DNA of 64,000 bases from Enoplolaimus lenunculus (lineage: Eukaryota): positions 62,001 to 126,000 of the forward strand of contig JASANG010001546.1 of the NCBI GenBank assembly GCA_030248215.1, read 5' to 3'. Below are positions 12,458-25,806 of the stretch, piece after piece; within the stretch, counting starts at the first letter, position 1; every line of letters begins with the position of its first letter. The notes beneath the pieces were generated by a model that searched no databases, was not told where the DNA came from, and saw nothing but the letters and a program-made list of their open reading frames with translations. The position numbers and the translations under genes are program-made.

Positions 12458-13024
12458 AAATATATACTAAATTGGTGTTTTGAACCACGGTTCAGTTTAA
12501 TTCAACACAATTTAAAAAAATACAAATTTTACTGAATTTAAAAAAAACACACAAACAGGTGTCACCAAACATTGCTGTAATTTGGCTTTTTTAAAACTGA
12601 ATCCGATTTCAAATGTTGAATTTTTCAAAGCCGAATCGGAACGAAACAGAATTTGAACTTCCGTTTTGAACATGGGCGATGCTACCCGGATTTTGGAAAG
12701 ATTGTTTACGTTCTGTAAAACAATTTCAAAATGATTTTCTTGTGTTATAAAACTGAAATTGCCTTAAAACAGCCGTATACAAAAAGTGTCAAAAGCGATT
12801 GCACGCGGTTTGACCTTAAAATCACCGTTCTGGGCTTTGTTTTTGATTAGTAATACTTGTGTATTTGAATATTTGATTATAAACTTTTCGACTTTTACCA
12901 AGGTAAATTGCTGTAAAATATATTTTAAATCAATGTATATATCACGGATGTAAATAATATCTACTCTTTCGGCAGCAAACGTTTGAAATTAGTACTGTTT
13001 TTAGCCAAAACAATTGCAGATTTA

Positions 13025-13300
13025 AGCTCTGTTCACACGTGCAAGTTTTTAGTACGAGAACTTGCAGCTGCAAATTGCACGCAGAAGATGGATTTTTTCA
13101 TCAGTCAATGAGAAAGCGGTTGCAATAAATTCAGTGAATTTTGCATGGTTATGCACACATGTGAACTAAATTCCAAGATATGATTTTTAATGAACTATTT
13201 GCAGATGCAACGTTTTCGAACGGGATTTTGAACAAAACTTGCAAGTGCAAGTTGCAGCTACAAGTTTTTGCAGCAAAATCTGGCGCGTGTGAATAGGGCT
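13025..13300. mobile_element. PIF/Harbinger-like (Tourist-type) MITE
   Basis: TIRs AGCTCTGTTCACACG / CGTGTGAATAGGGCT; 3-bp TSD TTA both sides; internal TGCAAG/CTTGCA repeats. Confidence 0.8.
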
Positions 13301-14247
13301 TTATAATTGCAATATCGCATTTTCGTCATATCGCTATTCAATTGGCAAATAATAAGTCTCAATGCTAAGCGAAATATTTTCTATACCTAATGGTCATAAA
13401 GTTTGAAATGTATACGGTTTGAAGTTTTATATGTCAGCTAAAACTTTGGCATTTATATACCCAAAGCGCTTTGATTCAAAATTTGTGCACTGTGATGCGT
13501 AAATATTGACGAATTTATCCAAATTAAAATGATCTAAGGTTAGTTCAAGCGTATTATTTATAAATAAATAGTAATAAATTGCATATAATTGAACATATAT
13601 ATCTGTTATATAATATATACATATATTATACATTAGATATTATATATATTATATATATTTATATATATTTTGCCTTGTTATCATATTTACCTTGATAATC
13701 ATACTTTAGTAACGTATTAACCCATACTTGGCACATGGGGTTGCGTTAATGACCGGTTGCCGAAATTCATTCATGTCTTTACAACAATGAACCAGGCATT
13801 CTCAAATGTGTGTAGCATCTATTGCCAGTTGACGGTCGAAATCTGTACAATCTATGAACCAGTCACCCGTAATGCCGTACTCGTTCCTCATTTTGATAGT
13901 TTGAAGTGAAAAAAATTTTATTAACCAAAAATCGACCGGAGTCGGCGACTACGGTTTGTAAGAAATTTGGTGCGTTTGGCTCAGTATCCAATGGAAATGG
14001 CAATTGCCGTTCGGGTCGCAGCTGACCTATTAATATAGCGTTGGAGACTGGTTTCCCGTGGTCCGCTGGGGCTGTTGTTTTAGTCCCGAACCCATGGTCC
14101 GCTATGGCAGTACGCGTGGTTCATGTGTAGACAATTTGTCCCATGTTTAATGTTAACGCTTAGGTTTATTTAAGTCTTTTTCTAAACCGAAAGCGTTAAC
14201 GTGGGTGAAGTGTGCAAGAGTCGACGTGGATCAGCCGTTTTATGTCC

Positions 14248-14250
<3 letters not shown>

Positions 14251-14335
<85 letters not shown>
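14251..14335. repeat. (TA)n microsatellite
   Basis: Direct reading. Confidence 0.95.
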
Positions 14336-14553
14336 ACACGTTTATATATTTAATACACGTTTAGTAATTAATAAGTATTATACTGTATTTTTCTTATATA
14401 AATGAACCTGAACATAAAAATGTCACCGGAACCGATATTTTTTCGATTCCATATCCGGTTTTAGAATACACAATTTAGAATCGATTGATATTTAGTCTTT
14501 GGAATTTCTAAAACTAAATCATCTCACAGAACCATACAATCAAAGCGTTTGGG

Positions 14554-14611
14554 GTTGTTGTTGTTGTTGTTGTTGTTTTTGTTGTTGTTGTTGTTGTTGT
14601 TGTGGTTGTTG
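14554..14611. repeat. (GTT)n microsatellite
   Basis: Direct reading. Confidence 0.9.
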
Positions 14612-15589
14612 ACCGGAGAGAATATTAGATAAAAGTTTTGCACTCTCTTGTCAACGCTAAACTATTTTTGATAATGACAGTTATCAATCATTTGATTTAT
14701 CAATTTTAAAACGATAACTTGGGTCTTGATCTCTGTTCATTTTGGTCAAATGGATCAAATTGACCTGGCCACATTGTTGTGTGGGGTGAAGGCAAGCTAC
14801 TAGTCGGGGCGTGAGTCAGGATTTCGTTTCGCGAGGGTAGTCGAAGGTCAGATGGATAAAATTAGCCTGATTCATATTGTGGAATGACCGCAAGTTTCAG
14901 TATCACGGTCGTAGTTGGTTTATTTAGGTTCGAAAAGGTATTCGTTTAAGTAGAAAGTTTATGCGATGGATTTGTATCGGGGGTCAAATAATAAAGTGTA
15001 AGTGTTGCAACTTTAAAAAAATGCCAGGGGGTATATGCCATGTATCGCCCCTCCCCCGTTGCACGTCGTTACTTTGTTAAAATATTACATCACTACTATG
15101 GTCAGTAGGTTATTGTCATCCAATGATACATTAATTGAACTGTTCTCGGGTTAATATACGGGTTAACCGATTCGTATTCAGTTGGGATTCGAAATTAATG
15201 GTGAGCTAATTTCGACTGAATAGTTTTTGGACTGGGGTTACGTTTAATTTAATTATGAGCAACAATGATACACTAAAGGTATAATGTATGTAATTCATGG
15301 ATTGAATGCTGTAATAAATATTGAAAAATATGTTTGTGGGGGCAAAAAGTTCTGACCGCTGGTGACCGGATGTGTAGTGGTACGTATTGGTGGCACGTTT
15401 GAATCAGTCGATTAAAGGCGTTGAATTCCGACTGTGGGTGGTGTCAAATAATTCTCTTGACCTTGCGGGTGCAATTGAATGCCTTCTGTCTTTTGAGGTA
15501 AGCAAAATCAAGAGTAAAAAATCACTATCCGGTTACGGTTTGCGGTAAATTAGTATTTGGAGCCTGAGCCACATATTTCGCTCTAACTC

Positions 15590-16243
15590 TTGTTGTTGTT
15601 GTTGTTGTTGTTGTTGTTGGCGTTGTTGTTGTTGTTGGCGTTGTTGTTGTTGTTGTTGGCGTTGTTGTTGTTGTTGGCGTTGTTGTTGTTGTTGTTGGCG
15701 TTGTTGTTGTTGTTGGCGTTGTTGTTGTTGTTGTTGGCGTTGTTGTTGTTGTTGTTGGCGTTGTTGTTGTTGTTGTTGGCGTTGTTGTTGTTGTTGTTGT
15801 TGTTGTTGGCGTTGTTGTTGTTGTTGGCGTTGTTGTTGTTGTTGTTGGCGTTGTTGTTGTTGTTGGCGTTGTTGTTGTTGTTGTTGTTGTTGTTGTTGGC
15901 GTTGTTGTTGTTGTTGTTGTTGGCGTTGTTGTTGTTGTTGTTGTTGGCGTTGTTGTGGTTGTTGTTGTTGTTGTTGTTGGCGTTGTTGTTCTTGTTGTTG
16001 TTGTTGGCGTTGTTGTTGTTGTTGTTGTTGGCGTTGTTGTGGTTGTTGTTGTTGTTGTTGTTGGCGTTGTTGTTCTTGTTGTTGTTGTTGGCGTTGTTGT
16101 TGTTGTTGTTGTTGGCGTTGTTGTGGTTGTTGTTGTTGTTGTTGTTGGCGTTGTTGTTGTTGTTGTTGTTGGCGTTGTTGTGGTTGTTGTTGTTGTTGTT
16201 GTTGGCGTTGTTGTTCTTGTTGTTGTTGTTGGCGTTGTTGTGG

Positions 16244-16278
<35 letters not shown>

Positions 16279-16279
16279 G
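15590..16279. repeat. About 690-bp interrupted (GTT)n array
   Basis: GTT runs punctuated by GGC, with GTG and CTT variants in the right half; source of the poly-L/V/N ORFs. Confidence 0.95.
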
Positions 16280-16622
16280 CTAAACCATCGAAACAGCAAT
16301 TGCAATAGCAAGCTAATGATGATATATGGACGAACGCAACATGTGTATTTTTATGTAAGCATTACTTCAAGTTCCGTCGTCACGGTTTCGTTTAAGTCAT
16401 GTTATCGTTATTAGGAAACTATAATCAGCTCTCGTTTTAATTTAAAAAACACTAAAATGCAAATCTTATAGATTCGCTGTGACTGTGATAATAAATATAT
16501 AAACAAGTAGAACTTTTAGCTGGTACGTACGTCCCCACGGGGACATTGGCGGGCTGTACCCCACATTTGGCTGATGCCGCTCAAATAGACTCGGTGTAAA
16601 AGTAAACAATCTTGAATTGCAA

Positions 16623-16818
16623 CGGTCATGTTACTTTAAGGGGCGTCCAGGTTTCTATTGGGCCTATAAAATAGTAGGTTCAGATTCTAGATTACATTTT
16701 TTGCTTAGGCTTAAGCTTACGCTTAGGCTTAGGAACTGATTTTAACAACGCTTAGGCTTAGGCCTATGATTTGGAATACGCTTAATCTACTGTTACGCAC
16801 CTAAAAGTAACATTGGCC
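16623..16818 (+). mobile_element. MITE family A (TTAGGC-bearing), left end damaged
   Basis: CATGTTACTTTAAGGGGCG ... AAAGTAACATTGGCC; colinear with the 3802 copy; no TSD. Confidence 0.85.
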
Positions 16819-17269
16819 ATAATAACGATACTGGCAACATATATGACGGAAATGTCTATTCCGAGAAATTCGTTTACCGATTCCCGCCGCCAGGAGCGCG
16901 TAATGTATCAAACAAGTGTGATTGGTTGATAAGGTTGAATTGCTTTTCAGCTTATCAATTGCCCAATCCTAAGTTCTGATGGCACTTTGTTTAACCTTTA
17001 ATGCTTTTATTCATATTATGTTCAACGTTGGTTTTGGATCCTAAAGTTGCTACAGTTTATACTGTGAATTTGAATGATTGAAATTTTGTTTATTGTTTCT
17101 GGTTTGGTCAAAGTTTTCTTTTTGACCTGAAACGGTTTTCACAGTACAATTCCTCCCAGCCTCGAGCCTGGTTCCATATGAATCAAGAGTTTGGTGTTAC
17201 GTTGCTGTTTAGTAAATGGGTAAAATTGTAAAAAGTACACAGACAGCAATTAAATGTCGTGTTTGTTGT

Positions 17270-17452
17270 ATTAGGTTCAGGCTTAGGCTTAGCAATCGTT
17301 TAGGCGTTTGAATGATTTAGGCTTAGGTTTAGCAATGGTTTAGGCTTAACAATGGTTTAGGTTAGGTTTAGCAATAGTTTGGGCTCATGCGCTTAGGTAA
17401 GCATTTTCGTAAACGTAATTCTGAGACTGTGAGGGGAAAGTGTACAAGAACC
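17270..17452. mobile_element. TTAGGC-rich decayed element, family G end
   Basis: Multiple TTAGGC/TTTAGG units followed by TGTACAAGAACC, matching the family G TIR. Confidence 0.55.
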
Positions 17453-18404
17453 GATATTCGTTTTGCGGGTATGATATATCTATATATTAAAGCTGGAACG
17501 CCCCACATACGTATTTTAAACAACGTTCCAGCATATTTGTATATACATATGCAAATTTTCTTCTATACTTTTAAGTGAATAATTCTGAAGATAGGAGATT
17601 GTCGTTTACTTATTCTTTGTGTGGTTATTCTATAAGACAAAGTCTGTTTGCTTGCTTTTTGCGTATATTATAACATGTATGTAATTAGTACATTGTCTTA
17701 GCACGCATCAGTTTGGTAATTTGGGACGCGTATTTTACTCAGCGGATGGTGGATTTCTGCGGTCCATCATTCCTACCGGACACACAGGCTAAAAAATTTG
17801 TATTGGAATTGAATACACAATCGTCAATCAAGTTTCAAGGCTTAAGCGCAGACTTGCTTGTACTAATCCTTTTAAACATATGCCAAAACACAGTGTATTC
17901 TAAGAGAGTTGCACATGTGTGCAAACACGGATTACTAGTATACATTATCATTCATGCAGTATAAGTATAAAACTGCCGAAGTCAACATAACCTTTGTTTA
18001 AATAGGTATGTATATATGGCAAAATTTAAATTATGACGTTACTTAAAAATTAGCTTTCGTCATTTATTTTTTCAACAGCTAAAAATTAGTCCACGTGTTA
18101 ATTGTTTTTAAATTTTTTGGCCCGACAAGAAATGTTCCGAGTTTGAAATGTTTTTTGCATATTTGACCATTTTAGGGCCGTAGTTGACATTTTTACAGGC
18201 AAATTTGGATTTAACCAAATCCTATTTTAGTCAAATTTCAGTATAGTTGAAACCATCGGATAGAGAATCAGTTACCGAACGTTTTGACAACAAATTTTGG
18301 ACTCAAAACTGGACACCTTAGGATATTTAAAAATAGAATTTATAAAAATTCAAATACAGACGCGGTATGATGTGGTCAAGTCTTTCATAAACATTAGAAA
18401 TCAG

Positions 18405-18550
18405 TGCGCTTGTACATTCCTCCAACACAGCGCTAAGCTCAGGCTTTGGCTTCTAAAAAGGCTTGGTTTGGCCTAAAGCTTTTTGCTTAAGCCGTTGCTT
18501 ATATAAGCCTAAGCCTAAATTTTATACGTAAGGAAAATTGTACAAGAGCC
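18405..18550. mobile_element. MITE family G with GCCTAA/TTAGGC repeats
   Basis: TGCGCTTGTACA / TGTACAAGAGCC termini; flanks GAAATCAG / GAAATATA (5/8). Confidence 0.6.
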
Positions 18551-18624
18551 GAAATATATTGAGTCTTTGTACGTATGATTTTGCATTCTGTGTGTGAATG
18601 TCTGAATTTTTGACTTAATTTTTT

Positions 18625-19087
18625 GCTACAATCTCTCTGGTGGATATATTTTTCTAAAACCATGCTGCAATTTGATTAGTCGGTTTATACATGTTGCTGA
18701 ACCAAATACGAAAATGTGATTGGTGGATTTACATTTCTGTATATAATTTTGCAATCTGATTGGTCTTTTTGCGTTTATGGTCATAATGCTGCAATCTTAT
18801 TGGTCTGTATCCATTTCTGAGAGTAATGTTGTAATTTGGTTGGTCGTTATATATTGCCAAACTAATACTGTTATCTGATGTATTCTTTTGCATTTCCTCG
18901 TATCATTCTCCAATCTGATTGGTCGGTTTGCGTTCCTGAGCATACCGCTTCAATGTGACTGGTCGATTTGCGTTCTTGAGCATAATACTTCAATCTGATT
19001 GGTCGTTATGCATTTCCAAACTTGACACGGCGAAATGATTGGTTGACTTTCGTTCGCCGGACGCTATGCTGCAGTCTGATTGGCTGC
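18625..19087. repeat. Diverged 40-bp tandem array (about 12 units) with conserved CAATCTGATTGGTC core
   Basis: Core GG positions about 18640, 18679, 18723, 18763, 18803, 18843, 18882, 18922, 18962, 19002, 19042, 19083. Confidence 0.85.
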
Positions 19088-20789
19088 TTTAACGAAATGT
19101 CAAACCATGACCGTAAAACGCTACTAATAATCAATCTTGTGTAGAGTGTGTGTGTTTTCCGGCTGCTTAAACCTATTTAAGGGTCATACTTTTGGAGTGA
19201 ACGGTTTGAAAAGTTAGGTATTTAAGCGGTTACGGTAGTTTACGATGGAATATTATCAAAAATGGTTGATCGTTGGGTTAATTTCAGTAACCAATTTTCT
19301 GACTTTTGTATATTTGATCAAAGTTGCGTTTACTTGAGTTGATTTTGGAAATTTTTGGTTATAATTTAAAATCCATAGCTGTAATCCACTTAATTTATTG
19401 GTGAACTGTAATTTTTTATTGCCACTGTTTAGTGTTGTGTTATACTGAAGCGGGGGGGGGGGGGGTCGGTGGCCTTAGAAAATTGTATTTTAATTAACTA
19501 ATTAATTTTTTTATTTAAATTTGATTCAGTTTGTTTTAGATTTGAATTCGAGAAGATTTCGGTGTGATTTGTGCCGGTATTCACAAATGTGTGTGTGTAG
19601 CACGAGTAACCTGTTACTAATTGGCGATTGGTGTTTTAGATTTTGAACCAGCCAATAAAATATTGTTAAATTTGTGTTCGTTTTTTGCATTTGTTCGGTC
19701 CTTGTAATGAGCCAAATTTTTGCGGCCGGCAGCTAATGAGAATTGGCTTGTTTGAAAACTTAGTATTACTAGCTGGTGGTAGATGCTACAAACATTTCAG
19801 AATATGACTTATATATACGTAGCTATTTGATTAAGTTTAGGCTTAGTGAGCGCTGGCGCCGATAATTAATATTAATCCATTTGAACGGTCGGCAGTTTAT
19901 CTCATAAATAAAGTTTCAGATTATTAATTTGTTTAGCGAACAATTTAGCATGCTTTTAATTGAAACAGTTACGTAGAAAATCGACTTATTCCTAGAAGTA
20001 TATATAACTCTGGTTACGACTGATCGGTTATACTTTGAAATATTGTTAAATTTTCAATTTTCAAAAGCCTTAAAGATACACATTGAGCGATAATTTCGGT
20101 TTAATAGAAAAGTTTTAATAGCTGGTGTGTGTGTTTGCCGTAATTATTCCTTATAAACTTTGTCGGTCACAAAATTATTTTATGTTAAAATTAATTTCGC
20201 AGAAATATATACTTTAAGTTGCACCATTTTGCATCAAATTTGGCCAAGTTTAAGAGCTAATTATGTAAGCGAGGCAATACCCAATCATGAAGATGAGTTT
20301 AACTGGAATTCATAGTCAAAATTGTTAATTAGAGAATTTTAGTGAAATATTAAAATTTGTTGTTGCCTTAAAGGCATATAATATATATATTTATTTATTT
20401 ATATATAATATATTATATTATATTATATATATCTGAGCTATGTGGTACTAGGCAAGTTTTAGGCTAATTTTAGGAAATCGGATTTTGGCTTTAGATTATC
20501 TGTGTTTCGAAGCGTTTAATAGTTTAATAGTTTGATAAATTTTGTCAAAGATTACAGACGCGGCAGTTCTAGTAATTGCTACCGGGATGTCATCCGGTTC
20601 GTTGAGTTATTTTCGTCAAGTGTGTTTTTGTTCCGGTTGGAACTTTGCTCAACAGGTTATTCAACATCAGTTTTACAGTTTACACTGTTTGCATTCGAGT
20701 TTAGACTGCTTACGCGGGTCCGTAGCTGAGAGGATCCAAAACCAGGTGGCTGAACACTGGGTGCCATTTTTGCATTTGCTAGTGGTGTC

Positions 20790-21186
20790 TAGGGATCAAC
20801 CGGAATTCTTGTTCCGGCCGGAATTCGTGCAAAAATTCAATTCCTGTTGCTGTTCCTGCATTCAAAGATGCACGAACCGGAATTTTGACGGGTTTGTGGC
20901 AAATTATTCGTAATTATTTAAATATTGGAAACTTTGTCTTTAAAAAATGTTTTGTCAAAATTAGTGTTTCTGTACCTAGTTTAATTTGGTTACTAAATTG
21001 TTCCTGACGTATTTTCGGAAAACATAACGATGAAATCGCTGAAAATTCGATTGAGGCATAAATAGTAATTCGGTAATGAAAACTATTTCCAATTCCTGTT
21101 TCTGTTTCTGTTCCGGTTCCTGCATAAGAATTCAATTCCTGTTCCTTTTCTTGTTCTGACAAAATTTAGTTCCTGTTGGTACCCTG
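20790..21186. mobile_element. hAT-like MITE with TTCCTG/TTCCGG repeats
   Basis: TAGGGATCAAC / GTTGGTACCCTG termini; no TSD seen. Confidence 0.6.
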
Positions 21187-22524
21187 CTAAAAGGCTATTT
21201 TATGTTTGTCGATCCTTTGAGGCATCAACAGTTGCATTTGAGCAAGCATGTAAACGTTATTTGCTATTATTCAGAGCAGCAGTGAAATGAAATATCATTG
21301 AAAATAGGGCGTATCGTTCAAATCGGATATGAACTCGGTTTCAACTGTTTTCATTCTTAGAATTCATTTTAGTAAATTGATAAAAAAAATATTATTTAAG
21401 TGTAAATTTTAAAGAACCTAACATGTTTTTCGGATTAAAAAGTTTTAATATATGTACTAACTATGCTGTAAATTAGACAAATTATTAAGTTTATAACGTC
21501 AGCAGCTGTGCAGCTAATAATCTATATTTCATGTAAGTGATTGCGCAAGCTGGGGTTAAGATTTTCTAAATTAAAAGCTTGTAATATAAAGTGTTTATAG
21601 CTCTGCTTAAATAAACTTACGAAGTATTTTGCTTGTCCCATTTCAAGATTTCTTTTCCGCTAAGGCGATCAAGAGATTTTTGATTTTATACATACCGTAT
21701 TGGGTATCTATTGACGCAATAACGCCGATCGTACGTAATTTGGTGCATTATTCGAAATGTTATTTTACATCTGTATAATTAAAGCTGGGACGCCACACAT
21801 ACGTATTTTGGGCACTGTTCTAGATGATTTGTGTTGTAAAGTATATATGCAAATTATTACTTTGTAAATATTGCAACCAAGTTTTGACTACGTTACATTA
21901 AAACAAACGTATACAATTCAGTATTTTCAAAAATAAACTTAGCGTTGCAAATATTGCAGTCGAAATTGTTAATTTTTGTTTCAAAATTACGAATATTGCA
22001 CAAAATACAAGGAAACAACTTTTTAATGAAATTAATCATAAAAAGATGTTTTTTTGTTTTTCGTTTTTTTTTCTGTTTTTACTTTTCACACTCTTTTTCT
22101 TTATTTTTTGCTTTTCATATTTGTCTGCTGATTTGCGTATAAACTGCGTTTGTGCGTTAAGTTGCAAACCCTATACATACGCTAAACTGTATCTGTGTGT
22201 CCGTCGGCGCGAGAAATAAAAGCAAAGACAAAAACTGACAAACTGAACGGTGTCCTAATATATACAGTTCTCCGGGTGATTCCTCCAGTCATAGTAAAAT
22301 GTCGTTTAGGCTTGGCTTTCTAGGTACTGGGGTTTCTGTCTCTCTCTGTGTTTCTTTCCTCAGGCTCAGCCTAAAAGTTTTCTCGAAATGAAATAACGTG
22401 GCCGTGCAATAGACGACGGGACTGCGAAGCCACTGTTGTGGTTCGGTTCAAAAGTTTTAGTTTTGAAAATTTATTTTTAATTTGCAAAATTGTTTCATAT
22501 GTTTATGCGCATAATATATACATG

Positions 22525-22527
<3 letters not shown>

Positions 22528-22606
<79 letters not shown>
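22528..22606. repeat. (TA)n microsatellite
   Basis: Direct reading. Confidence 0.95.
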
Positions 22607-22608
<2 letters not shown>

Positions 22609-23118
22609 CGTGTCAGGCATGTAGTCAGGGGTGAATGACTTTGGGGCGTCTAGGCTCCCTTCGAATTTATTAACCAAAATACTGTATTTTGTGATATTTC
22701 CTTTAGTGATAAAATATTTTCGTAAAAACGCGGATACTAAATATTCACAGCGGATGACAAATGTTTCGGACTCAGAAATGTTTCGGACTCTGGCGCTGGA
22801 ACGTCTTCTCAATTCGAAAATCAGGGTACGTGCCATATTTGGTAGTATGAAAATGAAAAGCGCTTTCTGGACTGGGGTTGAATGATGAGAGGCGGATTGT
22901 GTGAAATTTGAACAGTACACGGATGTGGATGGCAAGGACTGGTTTCAAGGACTCGGGCGGGTGTTACAGTACAAGGTGACACTCGATGGTAATGTGGGAA
23001 CACGATTTGTCGCGGGTTTAGCCGTAGGATTTGGTTTGGTAACCAGATAAGTTATGAAAGTTATTGCAACTGTCAAATGTTGTTGAATTTACAGAAACTA
23101 AAAAACGGTTGCTATCAT

Positions 23119-23431
23119 CAAGAGTGGATAATAACAAGAGTGTGCAATTCTTGAGGTTCCGCTTGGTACAAAATGTACCGCCGGGCGTTTCGTTTTTGGC
23201 CGACCCCCCCCCTTGTTTAGAGGGGGTCGCTATCACGTGAATACCCCTAAACTAAACTACAAGGGGGTCATGTTTGACGCCGCATACATAAAGTGCCATG
23301 GGTCAGGCTGGTTGTGCCCCCGTCTAAATAGAGGGGGTTGGGCAAAACGCAACGCGTGCCGGATACATTCTTTTCTATACAGAATGTACCCAGTTGCATA
23401 GTCTTGTTGAAGTATGCATCATCCACTCTTG
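23119..23431. mobile_element. Near-palindromic MITE, P-element-like ends
   Basis: Perfect 11-bp TIR CAAGAGTGGAT / ATCCACTCTTG; 7-bp TSD CTATCAT; further nested IRs inside. Confidence 0.8.
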
Positions 23432-23600
23432 CTATCATGAATGCTTTTTGATAAAATTCAAATAGAATTAATTTAAATTTATTGTATTTGTTGCGGTTGG
23501 AAGGTTATAGGAAATCAGGTAAACAAACTATCAGAACCAGATATATACCTGATAATAGTATTTTTTGGCAAAATTAAACTTTTTTGAAATGTACCCCGTA

Positions 23601-23803
23601 TACGGATAATTGCGTATTAACAAGTATAATATTGATTTAGGGTGTCTGTTGCGTGGCAACAATTCTCAAAAATGTCGCATGAACAAATTGGCAATCATTT
23701 TTTGGCTCTGTAAAGCTAAACTACAATCAATATTGATAAGTTAACTTATCAATCGGAATCGGAACTCGTGTTGAATCGGAATCGGAATTCCGATTGCACC
23801 CTG
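23601..23803 (-). mobile_element. Internally deleted family D2 MITE
   Basis: Reverse-complement similarity to 11149-11586 and 28731-29155; ends GATTGCACCCTG. Confidence 0.75.
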
Positions 23804-24700
23804 CCCTGTATTCTTTTATATAAATTTATATATATATGGTAGATAGTGCTAAAGTTGTTCTTTTTTGAATTTGCTTACGAAAACAATTAACAGCAAATGA
23901 TTTAAAAATTACAAAATAAACCATTTGTACACTTCATACCTTTTCTAAATTTACGCCTAACTGTTAACCTAAGCCTAAATCATGTATTTTGAATTTTAAT
24001 TGTCAAAATTACGGGATATTTCGCACTGTCATCATGCATGCGGGAACAATGAACAACAAATGGCTTCAAAATGCCAAAATTAACCATTTGTACACTTTAT
24101 ACCACATTTAAAGTCAAGACGTAGGCTTAGGTAAACTTTTTCCTAAACTTACGCATAAGCCTAAGCTTAAATTATGTACGGGGATTAAGCGTAAAATATT
24201 AATATCCAAAAATATTAATTTTTACAATGTCAATAATCACTCCGTTAGTTTGATATTTGTTATAACTTTTTACAGTATAGGAGTCAGGTCAGTAAAATAT
24301 CATTTATACCGGTATTCTGGTATTTAAGTTGTGTAAGGTTTTACTTTGAGCGTTGGTGCCAATGCTAGCTATCTTTGTCGTCTGACGTCCGCTACGGAGA
24401 GAAAGAGAATGGAGAGAAGAGAGAGAAAGAGAGAAAGAGAGAAAGATAGAGAGATATAGTATCTTTTCAGGTCTCTACGGTATAAACTTTAGTTAGTAGT
24501 TACTGTTCACAGGTTTAGTTTACTTTTAAAATTTACACAAGCTAAACGTGATATACACTGAAGCGATGAGTTCCGAACACTGCGTTTGTTTAAATACAAC
24601 ACTGACTGTCGTAGGAAGCGGCTACACCTATATGTATAGGTACACAGTTTTGGTGGAGTTTGAACTATGTTGACTAACTGGTATGAAACTTTAGAGCCAT

Positions 24701-24880
24701 TACGCACGTAGCCTGCTCACCTTGCTGGGGTGGGAGTGAAAAAATTTTCAGTCAGGGCGCGTACAAGGGTTTGTTTGTTGTTGATTTACAAGCAACGTTG
24801 AAAGTTTTCAAAGGGTGGTCGAAATTTTTCCAGGGACGGGGCTGTGAGCCGACCCTGGCTTCGTGTTGGATACGTGCCTG
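24701..24880 (-). mobile_element. hAT-like MITE family H
   Basis: Reverse-complement similarity to 56969-57133. Confidence 0.65.
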
Positions 24881-25475
24881 GTAGGGGCGTATATGTATTA
24901 AATGGTAAAGAGTCAATGCTGTGTGTATGATAATTTTCACTGTTTAGTTTTGTCGCATTTTCGGTAGTTTGAGTTACCGCTGTATATACGTTTAATACTT
25001 TTATGGCGTATGTATTGTTTTTATGGTAAAATGTGGCCAAAATAGCGAAATGAGTAGGTTGTCTTTAGATCGTTCGTTTTGTTGTTGTTGTTATTATTTT
25101 AAATTTGAATTTTTAATTAAAATATTGACATATTGAAAAGTTGTTTTGAAATTGAAATGTTAAATGCAAATTGAAATATTGCGAGTGGTTGAAAGTTTTC
25201 AATTTGTTAAAATTTTATATTTGAAGCAGGCTGAAATATTGGAAAACAGGCTTAGAAATGTCGGATGATTTATGGTGAAATTGCTATCTTAGAATACAAA
25301 TTTGGCTTTCGTAGTTTTGTCTTGAAATCAAAGTATTTATTTTTACGCTGACAGCGGATACTATAATTTCACACCGTTTCAGAAACAGCTGTTTTTTGGT
25401 TTAGTCAAATATATAATTATACGAATTTAAGTAATACCTGGTTAAAACGAGCGTTTTAGTTTTGGAATACAAGTT

Positions 25476-25512
<37 letters not shown>

Positions 25513-25514
25513 TG

Positions 25515-25806
25515 AATCGTGGAAATTCAGATATTTTACTAAAAATGACGATAAAAATTGAATAGATTTCATTAGTATAGTAGGCAAACTTTGACAATCG
25601 CCGAAAATAAACTATCGAAGGTATCTAAAATACAACAGCTAAAATGAATACCTATCTCCAACTAACGGTTATTTCACCAATAATATTGCAAAAAAGGAAA
25701 ATTGAAATGAATTTTTCGGTCGCGTGTATTTTACATTTCCCAGTTCCGTTTTTTGTAATTTTTACAAATTCCGGTTTCGGCTAATTGTAATTCCGATTGC
25801 ACCCTG
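25515..25806. mobile_element. hAT-like MITE family D1, partial
   Basis: Similar to 6120-6376; ends GATTGCACCCTG. Confidence 0.7.

Noticed and set aside
15583..16414. Poly-N, poly-L and poly-V ORFs of 117-274 aa
   Set aside because: Products of the stop-free (GTT)n array; non-ATG starts and no splice or domain evidence
18625..19087. CRISPR-like repeat-spacer appearance
   Set aside because: Repeats are degenerate, spacers retain mutual similarity, no cas genes, eukaryotic context
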